The position numbers and the translations under genes were made by a program. A stretch of DNA of 64,000 nt, taken from assembly GCF_000181795.1 (NCBI RefSeq), contig NW_003526943.1, positions 11,646,007 to 11,710,006 on the forward strand, in the 5' to 3' direction. The stretch is from Trichinella spiralis. Lineage: Eukaryota. The notes beneath the pieces are model-generated. The model was given only the letters and a program-made list of their open reading frames with translations. It was not told the origin of the DNA and searched no databases. Below are positions 24,365 to 37,555 of the stretch, piece by piece (position 1 is the first letter of the stretch; every line of letters begins with the position of its first letter).

Positions 24365-27228
24365 TTGCGGTCTGGCGCTTTGATGGTTCAATTGGTCAGT
24401 GTGCTGGTGAATTTTTTTTTGGCCGTAGCGCCGGTGCTCGACCTGACCGTTGGTCAATTCGTCGACCCATGGTTCGATTGACCCGTTGCTGGGCTTGACG
24501 AAGAGTGGACCGTAGAAGAGCCAGGTGCAGGGTTTTTTCTTTGTTTCTTCCCCTGCTATTTCTCCTTCATGGGCATTTTCCATTCTTTCTGTCATTTGTC
24601 TCCACTAGCCGTGGCCGGGTTAATCTCCGTTGCCTGCTTTTCGACCCGGCTTGTCAGTGCCATTCATCATCCAGTCGCCATTCCCACGCCGACCCGCCCG
24701 CTGATCTCCCCCCGACCGCCAGCTGCCGCCGAGCTTTTCAACAATATCTTGTTAAGCAAAATAGAAGCAAGCAGACGACACAAGAGGGGTCTGTTGTAAA
24801 GAAAACCTCTGCGCATATCTGTATATAGTTATATGTGTATGCATAGTTGGAATTATTTCAGTATATTTCATCGTTGCTGTTGTTTCATTTCTTCTACTGT
24901 GAATTGTAATCAGGTTGGAAACTGGAGAAAAGATAACCAACAAAAAATACATCCATAGCTTGTTTGCGTTAGCTTATAAAGGGCACCAACATCTTCGACT
25001 ACATAATACCATCTGTGTCTGTTTGCCATAGGCTTTACAATCTGGGCGTCAACCTCGGCTCCAGTTCGCCAGCATATCAACATTTTTCTGCGCCAATGCA
25101 TATTTTTATTAGTACGTTTTATTTTTTATTTTATTATTATTATTATTATATTTTTGCTTCTTACCTAGTAACTCAGTTTTGAAAATTGTCATTCAGCATT
25201 TTTGTTTAATCTGTGCACAATCCAGTATCAACGTTTTCCGTTCTATTCACATAATGTTGAGGTTAATCCGTACTTTGCTGGTACAGTATACCGAAGAAAG
25301 AACTTATTCATGGAAAACGACAAAAGTTAAAAATTGTCTCTTTTTGTCTGTGTGGAGAGTTTTCATTTTTACGTCAACATAAAAAGCATAATAATAATAA
25401 TAATAATAATATAAAACGATACATTGATCAACAACGTCTGTAAACATTGATTCAAGTCAGCAGCTGGACGAGATGTTTGGATTACAATTCTGCAAGTCTT
25501 TCTTCAGAATAGACTTGTTGGTTGTAATTGTATACATTTTATATTCACCAGCTGAACAGTTTTTCAAGTCTTCAAATATTCCCATGTTAAAATTGTCATT
25601 CATTTTCTTCTATATTAATGTTGAAAGAGAAATTCAATCTCTTCTTCTTCGAAAATTAATAAGCCATGCGTTACTTATTTGTTTTATTTAAGAAATTTTT
25701 ACTTGTTAAACTTTAAAAATTTCCTACTTTATCAAATTTAGGAAAATTAATATATTATTTGGGAAAAAATATCAGAGTTTCGTGTTGGATAAAATTTGAA
25801 CAACAACTTTCACAATGAATTAAAAAGATAATATCATTACTTGGTCCGTTGTCAATTGAAAAGTTAGCTTTGCATTTTCGAAAGTTTCAACGTCATCTTT
25901 CGTCGATTGACAAATTTACAATATCGACTTATCTGGAAATCAAGCTCAATTTTCCAATTCTCATCAGGAGGAAGTTGTTGAATTCAAATATTTTTCTTTT
26001 GAGAATAAATAAACAGTTTTTAATTATTTTTTATTACGTCATATGAATTTTTTTGAATGTTAAATATTTTAATTTTTTTTTCAATTGATGAATAAATTAA
26101 CAATTTCGCGTATGAATTACTTTGAATAAGCGTGAAAATGAAATTTGAAATTGTCCAACGTTGTTATTGATGAAACGTATCGTCTAGTAAATGTGCCGCT
26201 TTTAGATGAAAATTTATTTTAATTAGTTAATTTTTGAATTAAAAAAAGTTTAATTTATTGAAGGTTTTCTGTAATTGATGTAATTTGAAATTTATTTAAC
26301 CTGAAAATCAGTGAAATGTTGCAATTTCGCTCAAAAGTCAACTATCAATTTTGTTTTGAAAAGCATTCACCGTGCGTTGATTTTGATCTTTTACTTTTTC
26401 TGTATTTGTTCGTCATCTGCTGTGTACTATATTACAAGTTTCTTATAATAATAGTAATAATAATAATAATTTTTTTCTGAGGAATATCATAAAATTCGAA
26501 TAATTCAACATTTACTTCTTTGGCATATAGTTAGTGAACTGGTTTTCTACGTTGAGTTGAATTTTTAGCATGCAGAGTTAGTTGGATCTGTTCTTCTGGT
26601 GCTGGTGGTACTGTTTTGTGGCTTATTTGTAATAATTAATGTGCGTGTGACAGAAAAAAGCCGCAGGTGGTGTGGCAATTTTTCATATTCACTTGCGAGC
26701 ACCAGTTTTTGAGTAATGTTCGAACAACTGTTGTCGTCAGTAATTTCATTTCACTTTATTAACCACGCCTTTAATTTGTGATAAGTTTGTTTTGTTTTGT
26801 TTTTTTATTTGATGGAATTTAATTTATTAATTTTAATAATTGTTTGATATTGTGCTGTTTTTTTTACTTTTCAATTCAAGTTTGATTGTCTGGAAACGAC
26901 GCTAGCGCCGACTGGTGAGTTGTCGGCGAGATCACATCAGACACGCACATCACATCACATCACTTGCGAGAGTTTGTGCAGTGTTGGTGCGCATTTTGAC
27001 GCTGTGCAGTGATCTGTTTCACCGCTACTGCTATTTTTTGTCCCATCAAAATATTCTCCTTTTTCTAATCTTTCATTCACCTTGGTGCCAGTTTGTCTGA
27101 ATCGTGAACATGCGTGGGCGTGACGAAAAATTGTTCAACATTAAAATTGTATTAATTTTTTTCTGTTTACTTTTAGTTGCAATTTTTGGCTTTATTAAAA
27201 AATTTCAAACAACAACATAAAACACGTA

Positions 27229-30200
27229 ATGATCCGACATGCAGCTTTGGCTTTGCTGCTGCTGCTGCTGCTGCTTCTTCTCGCCTGTCCAATGCTGCGG
27301 GTTACCGGTGAACCTGCTAACAACAAACGCTACATTAACGCTGTGCCTTACGAAGGTCAGTTTGTTTATTTGTTTGTTTGTTTGTTTGTTTCAGTGTTCA
27401 AATTATAAATGACTGTAAAAATAAATATTGTCGTGTGCTTGTAGATGGATTAGCGTCGATAGCGTCGTTTGAAACGCACGACATTAGTCATTATGGACCA
27501 TTGTTCATCGACGCTTCTCGTGGTTTCTTGATTGTCGGAGCGAGGTAAGAATCCAGTTTATTTATTATTGTTATTAATTTTTAAATTTTTACGGTTAATA
27601 ATTATTTTTTATTATAAAATATAAATTATTGTTTGCCATTTGGCGACGTGCCGATCGATGTTTGTTTGAACTTACGTTAGCTTTGTTGCGTGTAGTTTTT
27701 TCAGTGGGCGGGGAGGAGGACGGAATGTTGTTTGCTTTGCCAGGTGTGCTGGCGTTCAACGGAAGCGGTCGGTCATTTCCACCGAGCCCACAGTCAACTT
27801 TACTATTATGATTATGATTAGTCGCTTTTGTTTTCTAATCCTATTTGGGTGTGGTTTTTTTTTCATTTCATTATTTTTATTTTTATTTTTCATACAGTTT
27901 TCATCATTTTATTTATTTATTTATTATTTTCTTTGGTATCATCGAATTTTTGATGAGCAGATTGAAGAATTAGAAGAAAAATTGCAAATTTAGCACAATC
28001 ATTTCAAGCTGCAACGGGGAAACCTTGAAAATAACGGCTTGTTGCTTTACCGTGTGAAATAGATTCTATTTCGTTGACAGTTTCGCTTGAGGGCACAGGA
28101 ACAAAATTGCATTGACTAACAAACAATGAGCACTTCTTTTTATCTGCCTCTCTTTCTTTTGGCTTAAAAATGATATTTTGAAAAAAAATAAGAAAATAAC
28201 CAAAATCCCATGACCTGATTTTTATTATTTTTTAAATATAATCTATAAATTTTGACAATTGACATTGAGCACAAGTAACAAATTCAAAGATTGATTCAAT
28301 GAATGAAATTATTATATTGTAATTTTTTTAAATATAGCTTTGTTGTGAGAAGCATATTCTTTTTTTTTTTTGCAACATACTTGTGAAGGTTGTTTTCGTG
28401 TGTGTGTGTGTGTGTGTGTGAAAAGGTTATCGGAAGTTGTTGCATTCAAGTTCAGCTAGCAATTCAGTTTTCCAATTAGCTACAATTTTAACGGTCACTG
28501 TTTGATCAGCTACATCTACCTTTCAAAATTATATGCAAAAGCTGCTGCACTGCAAATATGCAAATTCTATTACAAATAGACACACGGATGCGTAAATGAT
28601 TTTAATTTTAATTTTTACAATATGAACTTGCAATTGAAAAGTAAATTATTACAGTTTATATTACTTATTTTTTTCTTCTTCAAAAGTTGTCCGTTTCGAT
28701 TAAAATTGACGAAATGAAAATCTAGAAGCGGTGAATGTCACAAAATGTAAAATTTATTTATTGTCCATTCAACCTGTTTTTGTATAACTAGGGAAAATTA
28801 GTTGATACAAGAAACAAGATATATTATACAACCTTGATTTATTTAATCGTTGTTGTTGTTAAGATGGGATCAAGATGAAAAATATTTATAAAATTGATTT
28901 ATATTTTTACATTTCAATGATAAACCAGTTCTTTTTTTTCAGTTTTTATGTGAAAATATATTTAATGTGTATCTTTTTTTTTATTTTATCAAAAATTTAT
29001 GTAAATTTCACTGGTATCTTATATCCTTCATTGATGGGAATGTTGTTTGCTCAGTTTTAATTGATGTGGTGAAAAGAGTGACAAATTAATTGAGATATTT
29101 AAATGCAGATGTGCAGTTGATCATTTTTTACGCTTCATTAATTCGATTATGCTGTGCCGGGCGGTGTCCTGTGAAATGGGGAATTTTTCATCCGGAAGCA
29201 ATGACCTCAAACTCTGGAGAATTTCCATTTCCATATTTTGTCCATCATTTCTGCTTATAATAAACAGTTTATATATATTTTTTTTCTTATTTTTCGAATT
29301 TACAAAATACATTTTATTTTTATATTAGATAAATATCCGTTTACATGGAATTTCAATTTATTTTTTCAACAGATGTTTATATTAATAGTTTTTATTTATA
29401 TTTAATGCCCTATAACCAGATATGTATTGTTGTTATTATTATTATCCTATTCCCCAAGTGTTAAAAGTTTCATTTTAATTTTTCACACATTTATCAAAAT
29501 GGCAGGTGGATCAGTTAGTTGGCTGAGCTGTTTGTGATAAAATTTCAAATTTGTTCAAATAATAATATTTTTTGAAGTGCTGTCGCATATGTCACTGTTC
29601 ATTTAAATTTGCTACTTGTTGAATGATATTTAAAATAGATTTGAAAAAAAAAACAATTTTTTGTTTTCTTAATGGAATGTTTTAATTTTTTCATTTTTTG
29701 GTGGAAAACAGGGGCAAGGCAAAATTGCCGTTGGATTAATAAAAATAAAATGGTGAATTTTGAGAGTGCTGTGCTGTTGTGTTGTTTATTGAAGCTTTTT
29801 GATTGAAAGATGTGAATTGCCATGTGGCATTTAGTTGGCTTGGCTTTTTGTTGTTTGGCGTTGACAGATGAAATTCTGGCACCGCATATGCAGCAAAGTG
29901 GAGTGAATGAATCGATGAGACAGATAGAGAGAGAGAAGGGAAGGGAAGGGAAGGGGATAGGGATTTTGTGGAACTTGTGCCACAATGGGAATAATAATAA
30001 TGAAGTTTGTTTCGAACCTTGTCTTGACTCGAAGCAGAAGCTATTACTAAGTAAGATAGCTGAAAAGAATCAGCAGTTGTCACATGTCAGCTTTTCACTT
30101 AGCTACTCAATAATTTAATAGAATTAAAAATGCCTTCAGAAAAAAATTTGCACAGCGTGCGTATTCATAATTTTCTCAAATATATATAGCTGGACGTGCG

Positions 30201-33200
30201 TGTTGATTTGACAAATTGATAATTTCTTCCAATTTTGTTGATATGAAAAGAACAATTTTTCGTATGTCAAAGGTCGAATATGCTGACATCCAGAGGTCAA
30301 GGAGGCAGGCTTGTTGTTCTTGCTGTTGTTGTTTTGACAACGTTGCATCTTTATTATTTGTACAAAAAATTATTTTCATTCACACGCAATATGAGTGTCC
30401 AAAAATGTCGATTGGGTCAAAAGTTTATGCACACACACGCAGTAACATATTTTTTTCTCAAGTGCATTCTTGAAAAATGCTCATAAAATAAAACATACTG
30501 CTGCATGCGTGCATGCATGCATGTATGAACGAAGTGGTCTGGTGATTGTGTTGTAATAATATTTTTTTTTTGATAAATTTGATCGATATGATTGAAATTG
30601 ATATGTGAAATATACAGTTTAGCGACTGGATGCAAGCAATTTATTGAAAAAAATGCTTAACATTTACATATTAAAAATAATTTTTTTCTTTGATATTATT
30701 TATTGTAATTCAAAAAAAAAGAACAATTTACAAGTACGTGTACAATATTTGCATAATTTTTTTTCTTTTCGGATTTCAAATATTAAAAGTATACGTAAAT
30801 TGTGAATATGTGTGTTATATTTGAAATGGTGAAATTGGCATTATTGATTGGTAAATTGATTATGAACAATTTTTGTCATCCAATGCAATGCTTTGTTTAG
30901 AGATGCAATTTTGAAGATAACTCTCGACTCGCTGGTCATTCTCCAACGAGTGGATGTGCCCGCCTCGAGCGATCAAATCGATCGATGCTATGGAGGTGGA
31001 AAAGACAAGGTAAATTTAAATTTATTTCTTTACAATTTTTTTTCAATTTAAATATTATTATTATTATTTTAGGTGAAGGATTGTCGAAATTTTATTCGAA
31101 TGATTGCACAAGAGTCGAACAATTCGTTGCTCATCTGCAGTACAGGTGCATTTCGACCTACCTGTTCAATACGCAATGTATGATTGTGTATTAATTGTAT
31201 TGATTTGTAAAATTGATTGATTGATTGATTGATTTGATAATTTAAGATGGAAAATTTCAATTTGATTGGAAAAATTGAAGATGGAATCGGTTATGCACCT
31301 TATGATCCGAACTATTCACTTGCCTATGTTATCACTGAAAACAGGCAAGTGATTGTTGGTGTTTCGTTGAATTTTGTCGGCACCGATGAAGCAATTGTTC
31401 GCATTCGACCGGCAAATAAGCAACTTCGAACAATGAAAAATGATAAATTTACCTTAAACGGTATTGGTATTTATAAAAAAAATGCTTTTTGTTTGTTTGT
31501 GAATTAAATTTTTTTTTTTAATTTTCACAGAGCCGCATTTTGTTGCCGCTTTTGAAATTGGTCCTTTTGTTTATTTCTTTTTCCATGAAATTGCAATCGA
31601 ACATTTCAGCCACAGGCAGGTCAGTTCGCTTGGAATATTAATCTTTTATATTAACCTGGTGTTTCTTAATTAATAATCATAATATTATTATGTTGTTTGT
31701 AATTTTCAGATTCGATACTCTCGTGTGGCACGTCTGTGTAAAAATGATACCGGTGCGAGCAAAGGAATCTATGCTCAAGCGGTAAGTTGAATATAATTTA
31801 TTTATTCATTCATTTTGAAGTATAATTAATTTTTATACGGTTCGAGCAATTTTAAATATATATATGTATATTTGTTTTTTATTTCCAGTGGACCAGCTTT
31901 TTAAAGTCACGTTTGATTTGTCAAGAGATGGATAAAGTGATTTATGATATTGTGCAAGATGTTCAATTTTTGCCAAGTGAAAAAATTTTTTATGCAATTT
32001 TTACATCATCCGAGTAAGTGTATACTTTATTTATTCACAATGTGCATGAAATAAGATGTATCATTTTATTTGGTTTTATGTCTTTGTATGATTTGATTTT
32101 AAATGCTCATTAATATGTATGTGTTTATCTGCAAATTCAGAAAATGTGAATATTTTACTGTAGGCATTTTTTATTCATTATTTCTTAAAAATGGATGGAA
32201 AAATGCGGCATACTTACTTTGTACATTGTTGTATTTGCAGAGTTCAACTTCCTGGTTCAGCAGTTTGCGTTTATTCGTTGGAATCGCTTGAATCAGTGTT
32301 CAGGGGTCCGTTTTTGTCAAAACATGTACAGCCGCCTTATTTATGGCGGGATATTCCGAATCCTCAACCTAACTATATGGTAAGTGTGATTGGAAGAATA
32401 TTATAATTTTTTTTACTAATTTTTTAATTTGAATGATTAGAGCATTATTGATTTCTTTTTTCATTTAGTGCGAACAGCGCCTTACTGACTTTTTAGAAAT
32501 GCCAAAATTGATGTATAATGTCATTTTGCCAATTTCTTCTACACTTTTGGAACAGTCGTCTAACGAAAGGTTTGCATTTATTATATATTTATATATTTAT
32601 TTATTTAACAAGTTGTATGATTTTATATTAAGTAATAAAGAATTTTTTTCTGTTCAATAGTTATACTCATCTGAGCGTTGATACAGTAAGAGTGAAGAAT
32701 GATTTATTGGTCACTGTTTTGTTTGTACTGGAAGTTGGTGGAATTTTGAAAAAATTTGTCCACATGAATGACCAACTGTGCTTGATTGAAGTGGTTGAAT
32801 TAACTCCGCCTGGAAAGCCGTTGTTGGTGAATGAGATGAAGTTGGTTTCTTCGAAAGTGAGAATTTTGAATTTGCACAAATTTTTCATATTTTTTTTTAA
32901 TTTAAATGCAATCTTTTTTGTATTTTAAGGGAATGTTGTACTTATCAATGGAAGAACGTTTGATGCGTGTTCCAGTGCAGCGTTGTTCGAATTACAAATC
33001 CAGAGAGTGAGTTCATGGATTATTTAGTAGTAGTAGTAGTAGTAGTAGGTTGAAATTTGCACTATTCAATTGTTTTGTTTCTTGCTTTTGTGAACTAGGA
33101 GATGCATGGACGCCAAAGATCCGTACTGTGCTTGGAACATGCTGACATCGTCTTGCACGAAATTGAAGCATGAAGATATCGACAAGCCATATTGGCATCA

Positions 33201-34960
33201 ATCAGCCGCCGGATGTCCGAACAAAAACATCAGCAGTAAATAAATTTTGAATTAATGATCCATCATTATTCGTGTACAATTTGATTCGTGCATTTGTAGT
33301 AGATGGAAAATTTGGCCCTTGGAGCGAGTGGATGCTTTGTGAACGCACGGGTGGTGGTTATGCGAAAGACGAAGGCTGCATGTGCCGCAGGCGGAATTGT
33401 GACAGTCCGGCCGCGCAGTTTGGAGGCAAACCGTGCCAAGAAGCATCGGTCCAAGTGGCCAACTGTACAAGACATGGCAATTGGACGGAGTGGTCAGCTT
33501 GGAGTAGTTGTTCAGCCACGTGCGGTAGATCTTCCATTCGGATTCGCAGTCGTCATTGTACCAATCCGGCGCCGGCTTTCAACGGTCGCGCGTGCCTTGG
33601 ACCGCCTCAACAGCAAGAACAATGCCATGTTGTTGAACACTGTCCGAAATTGTTGCCACCGCCGATTCACGGACAATGGTCAGCATGGTCACCTTGGCGA
33701 CCGTGTTCCAAGCCGTGCGGAACCGGCACCCAAAAGCGCACCCGGACGTGCGACAATCCGTCGCCGCTGAACGGTGGCGACAATTGCGTTGGTGCGGATG
33801 AGCAGTTGCAAACGTGCAACGAAAGTCCATGCAAAGAGGTTCGCAAATGGTCCGAATGGACTCCTTGGCTGCAAGTGGACGCCGGTCCTGGTGGTCAGGT
33901 GGTGGTCAAGCGTTATCGACTGTCCTGCTCGGCCCGGGTCGAAAATGCTTCTCTGATTGCCATGTCGCCGTTGAATTCGCAGCGCAAGGTGTGCTTGAAA
34001 AGCATGGAAAACTGTTTGGACGGGATCGGTCTGGCTGTGGGCTGGTCACCGTGGACCGAGTGGAGCGCCTGCTCTGAAGTGTCGGGCATTCAGCAGAGGG
34101 AGAGGAGTTGCGTTAGTCGCAAGTGCGCCGGACCGAGCAGCGAAAAGCGACCCTGCACCAGCGCCTGCAAGGGCTGTCTCCCTTTGCCGGCCTGGTCTTG
34201 TTGGAGCGACTACACGGCGTGCAGTTGTACGGGCGAGTCGTCGGTGCGCAGGCGATGGCGGAGCTGTTTAGGGGGCAACAGTGCCGAAGATTGTGCCGGT
34301 CAAGCGTTCGAGACGGCTTCTTGTGTGGGCGAGCCTTGTCCAACAGCGACGGCGCAGGACTTGGAGGAGGAGGAGGATTCGAATCGCGGCCTGTCGTTCA
34401 GCAGCAGCTGGTCTGCATGGTCGAGGTGCAACGAGATCGGCTTGCGAGCTCGCGTTAAGCTCTGCCCCAAGGGTGCTTATTGCGATGACGAACCCGATAT
34501 GGAATTGCACCGCTGCGCGGACGGCGAAACTTTGGACAGTCTGAACGCCCTGCAGTTGCGCGAAGATGCCGGCCATTGTACTGAGAATTTGGTAATCGTG
34601 GTCGCCGTGGTCGGCGGCTTGATCGCCTGCATACTGCTGGCGTTGATGTTCGTCTGCTGCGCCCGGTTCTATCCGTCTCTGCTCTGCTACACGAGCCTAG
34701 TTTCCAAGCAACAGCAGCAGCACCGGCCGGTGGCGACGAGCCACCACCCGCCAACTCCCAAGCCTGCCAAATCCAACATCTACACGCCGCCGCCGTCGAT
34801 ACGCAGCCACGGCAAAGGAGGTTCAGCTACAACGCACATCACGTTGAATCCGTTGGATCGGCTTTCAGTCAAAGATCTGGACGGTTTGACTGAACAAGAA
34901 ACCCAGCTGACGTTGAAAAGAACAATGCGTACCAGCTTGAACACCAAAGATTACCTCTGA
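27229..34960 (+). CDS. SEMA5: Class 5 semaphorin (signal peptide, Sema, PSI, seven TSP1 repeats, TM, cytoplasmic tail)
   Basis: Poly-Leu signal peptide at 27229. Sema motifs DCRNFIR, ICSTGAFRPTC, APYDP, RVARLCKNDTG, WTSFLKSRLIC, GSAVCVY. PSI motif DPYCAW. The final exon (~33300-34960) has seven WxxW-type TSP1 repeats and TM LVIVVAVVGGLIACILLALMFVCC. About 14 exons, with a 3.3-kb second intron. Confidence 0.93.
28398..28420. repeat. (GT)n microsatellite in semaphorin intron 2
   Basis: Directly visible dinucleotide run. Confidence 0.95.
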
Positions 34961-36450
34961 GAAAAGAAGGTGAATTTTTTTCGTTTTGCAAATGGCGTTC
35001 AAGCCTCCTTCTCCTCCTCCTCCTTCTTCGGTTCTATCGCTCAACTCGGTGCTTCTTTTTTTTTGCTTTTAAACTTTATGTTTTTACTCTCAGCAAAAAA
35101 CAATTCAGTGTCAGAACACTTCTTCAACTTGACCAATCAGATCAACAGTTATGATTTCAGTAGTACAGTAACTGTGTATTATTTTTAATTATCCACGGAT
35201 GGCTGGGTTGTATATCCATACATTTATACATATCTTTTGCGGGTTTTTTTGTGCACAAACGCGCAAAATTGTTTGTTTATACACGTGATTTTATTTACTT
35301 ATTTATTTATTGCCATGCTTGTGTTTTATTCAATTTTTGCTTGTTGCCTGTGAGTTCAAAATTATTATTTACGGTTGATATTCGTTATTTGCAAAGTTGC
35401 TATTTGATGTTTCCAATTATCTTCTTCTCTCTACTTTCAACAATTTCTGCCATTTGTTGCACACATTGTTTGTTGAAAATGCTTCATCAGTATTGTTATT
35501 ATTTTCCTATCTCACCAAATTTACCCACCTACTTTCATTCATGTACAGAAAAATTTGTTTTCTTGTTTCTTCCAAATTCCCAACTACGGTTGAATTTCAT
35601 TTTTTGATTTTTCAGCTTTTTTCATTTAAAAACATTTTAGCTGTTTATCATACATGTATCATCTAGTGTGTAGTAAAAGTGAATGTAAAATAATAAATGC
35701 TTGAACTATAAGTTTGTGTGCTTTATATATATATATATATATATATATCAAAATATGAAAATGTTGAGAGTTAATATTATATTTCAAAATAAAACAAAGC
35801 ACATTTAAAATTATCGACGGTGAATCAAATCAATAATGAATGAATGAATGATAGATAGATAGATAGATAGGTTGAACTACTTTCATTAGGAATAAATTTG
35901 AATTATGATGTTACATCAAAAACGAAGCACAAAAGTCATTCAAGTTTAAAGTTGTTTTTCAACTAGATCATTTGAACAGACAAAATGTAAATGAACAAAA
36001 TAATGCAAATTAATATAAAGTTTAATACAAATGCGTGATAAAACAATTTCTGCGATTTCAACTTATTATAAATAAAAAAGCTAGCGCATTTTACCATGCA
36101 TGTTCATAAATATTTGAACTGATAATAAAATTATATGAAACAGTTCATTTTTAATTTTGTTCATATTTATAGACATATTTATTGTATACATACATCCACG
36201 TTTAATAGAAACATTTTTCAAATGCATTATTCCTGTTCATAATAAAATATGTTAATGTCTATTAAGTGCGGATGGCTAATTAAAATTAATACTGACAAAA
36301 TAACACTGATCTATATGCAAACATGTACAAATAAGTGCAAATGCCAATAATACCCAGACAGAGCGATTATAACTTAAAAAACTAATTTGTCAGGGATTGT
36401 GTAAAAATTTAATGTCCTAAAGTGTTGAAGAAGAGGCGTAAAAAGAAGCT

Positions 36451-37117
36451 TTACATCTTCTTGATTTTCTCAGGCTTAACGCTCTGATTATTCTTTGCAA
36501 TTTCCTCTTTACCCTGCGCTCTGTAGTCAAAATTACATTCATGTCTATCCGTGTAGCGATGAAGGCAGCAAAAATCTGCACCACAGCGACATTCATAGGC
36601 GAATAATCCTAAACGTTTTCTGCATGTCTTACAACGTCTCGTAATTGGAGTTGAAAGGTTGCCGGATAAATTTGAAGACGAGCTAGACTGATTCATGCTG
36701 CTAGTATCGGCATCTGCCTCCTTTTGAGCATCCTCGTTCGTTGCCTCTGGGCCTTTCTGCAAGCACAAAAAATCAAATAAATCAAACATCAAAAAAATTG
36801 TAATAGAAAAAGTTGACCTCTTCATCCCGTTGATAGGGAACAAAAGCAGAAGAAGTAGAAGGCATAGATGGGATGCATATTGATTCACTCTTTTCCGTTT
36901 TTTCACTTTTCTCTTTTTCTACATTTGATTTAGCTGGCAATTCACATTGCACTTTCCTGTTCTTTTTTTTCGAATGCTTTTGGCGCCGTTTCATAAACTC
37001 TGAGAAACATTTTGAGCACATATCTTCCGTCAAAGGTGAACCATAAAACCCGCAACCGTTTTTGCATAACTTTGGTTTAGTCGATTGATTCGCATCTTGG
37101 TCTTGATCTTGATCCAT
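36451..37117 (-). CDS. ZFAND6: A20/AN1-type zinc finger protein (ZFAND5/6-like), 2 exons, 201 aa
   Basis: Exons 37117-36818 and 36756-36451 flank a 61-nt GT-AG intron. A20 finger LCKNGCGFYG..MCSKC; AN1 finger RCKTCRKRLGL..CRCG..FC..HRYTDRHECNFDY. Confidence 0.93.
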
Positions 37118-37555
37118 AGTATCAATGAGCAAATTGTAATACAAGTGAAAAATGGCAGTGATTCGAGTTAAATATAAATAATCAGCAAAATTTTATTATA
37201 GTGTACTGATTTGCAAGTTGTGAAATCATACAAATTCACTGAAACACCGTTAGGAATGTAAATAAGGTCCTCGTAATTGTATTTCCGTTAAAATTGGTTG
37301 ATCAAACGGCAAAAGTCTTTCAGCTATGAATAATTTCATCAAGAATGCAGAAGTCACTGTTTTTCATTTAAATCGTGCTATTTATGTCAATGAATAATTA
37401 TGTTAATCACAAATGAAGCGAACACATCACAATACGCATAACTCTCATTTAATTAATATTATAATTTCATTTTAAAATTCAAATCATTAATTCCTGAAAA
37501 CATTTAATCATACTGTAATTTTGTAGTTTTGCCGTTATTTAAAAAGTTGAATAAA

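Noticed and set aside
24265..25101. Short ORFs on both strands in the GC island, including a neuropeptide-like one ending RRHKRGLL
   Set aside because: Overlapping frames with no consistent splice chain or convincing homology; treated as regulatory DNA.
29021..29028. U12-type 5' splice site ATATCCTT (also near 55471)
   Set aside because: Neither lies at an exon boundary of an assembled gene; the introns I checked are ordinary GT-AG.
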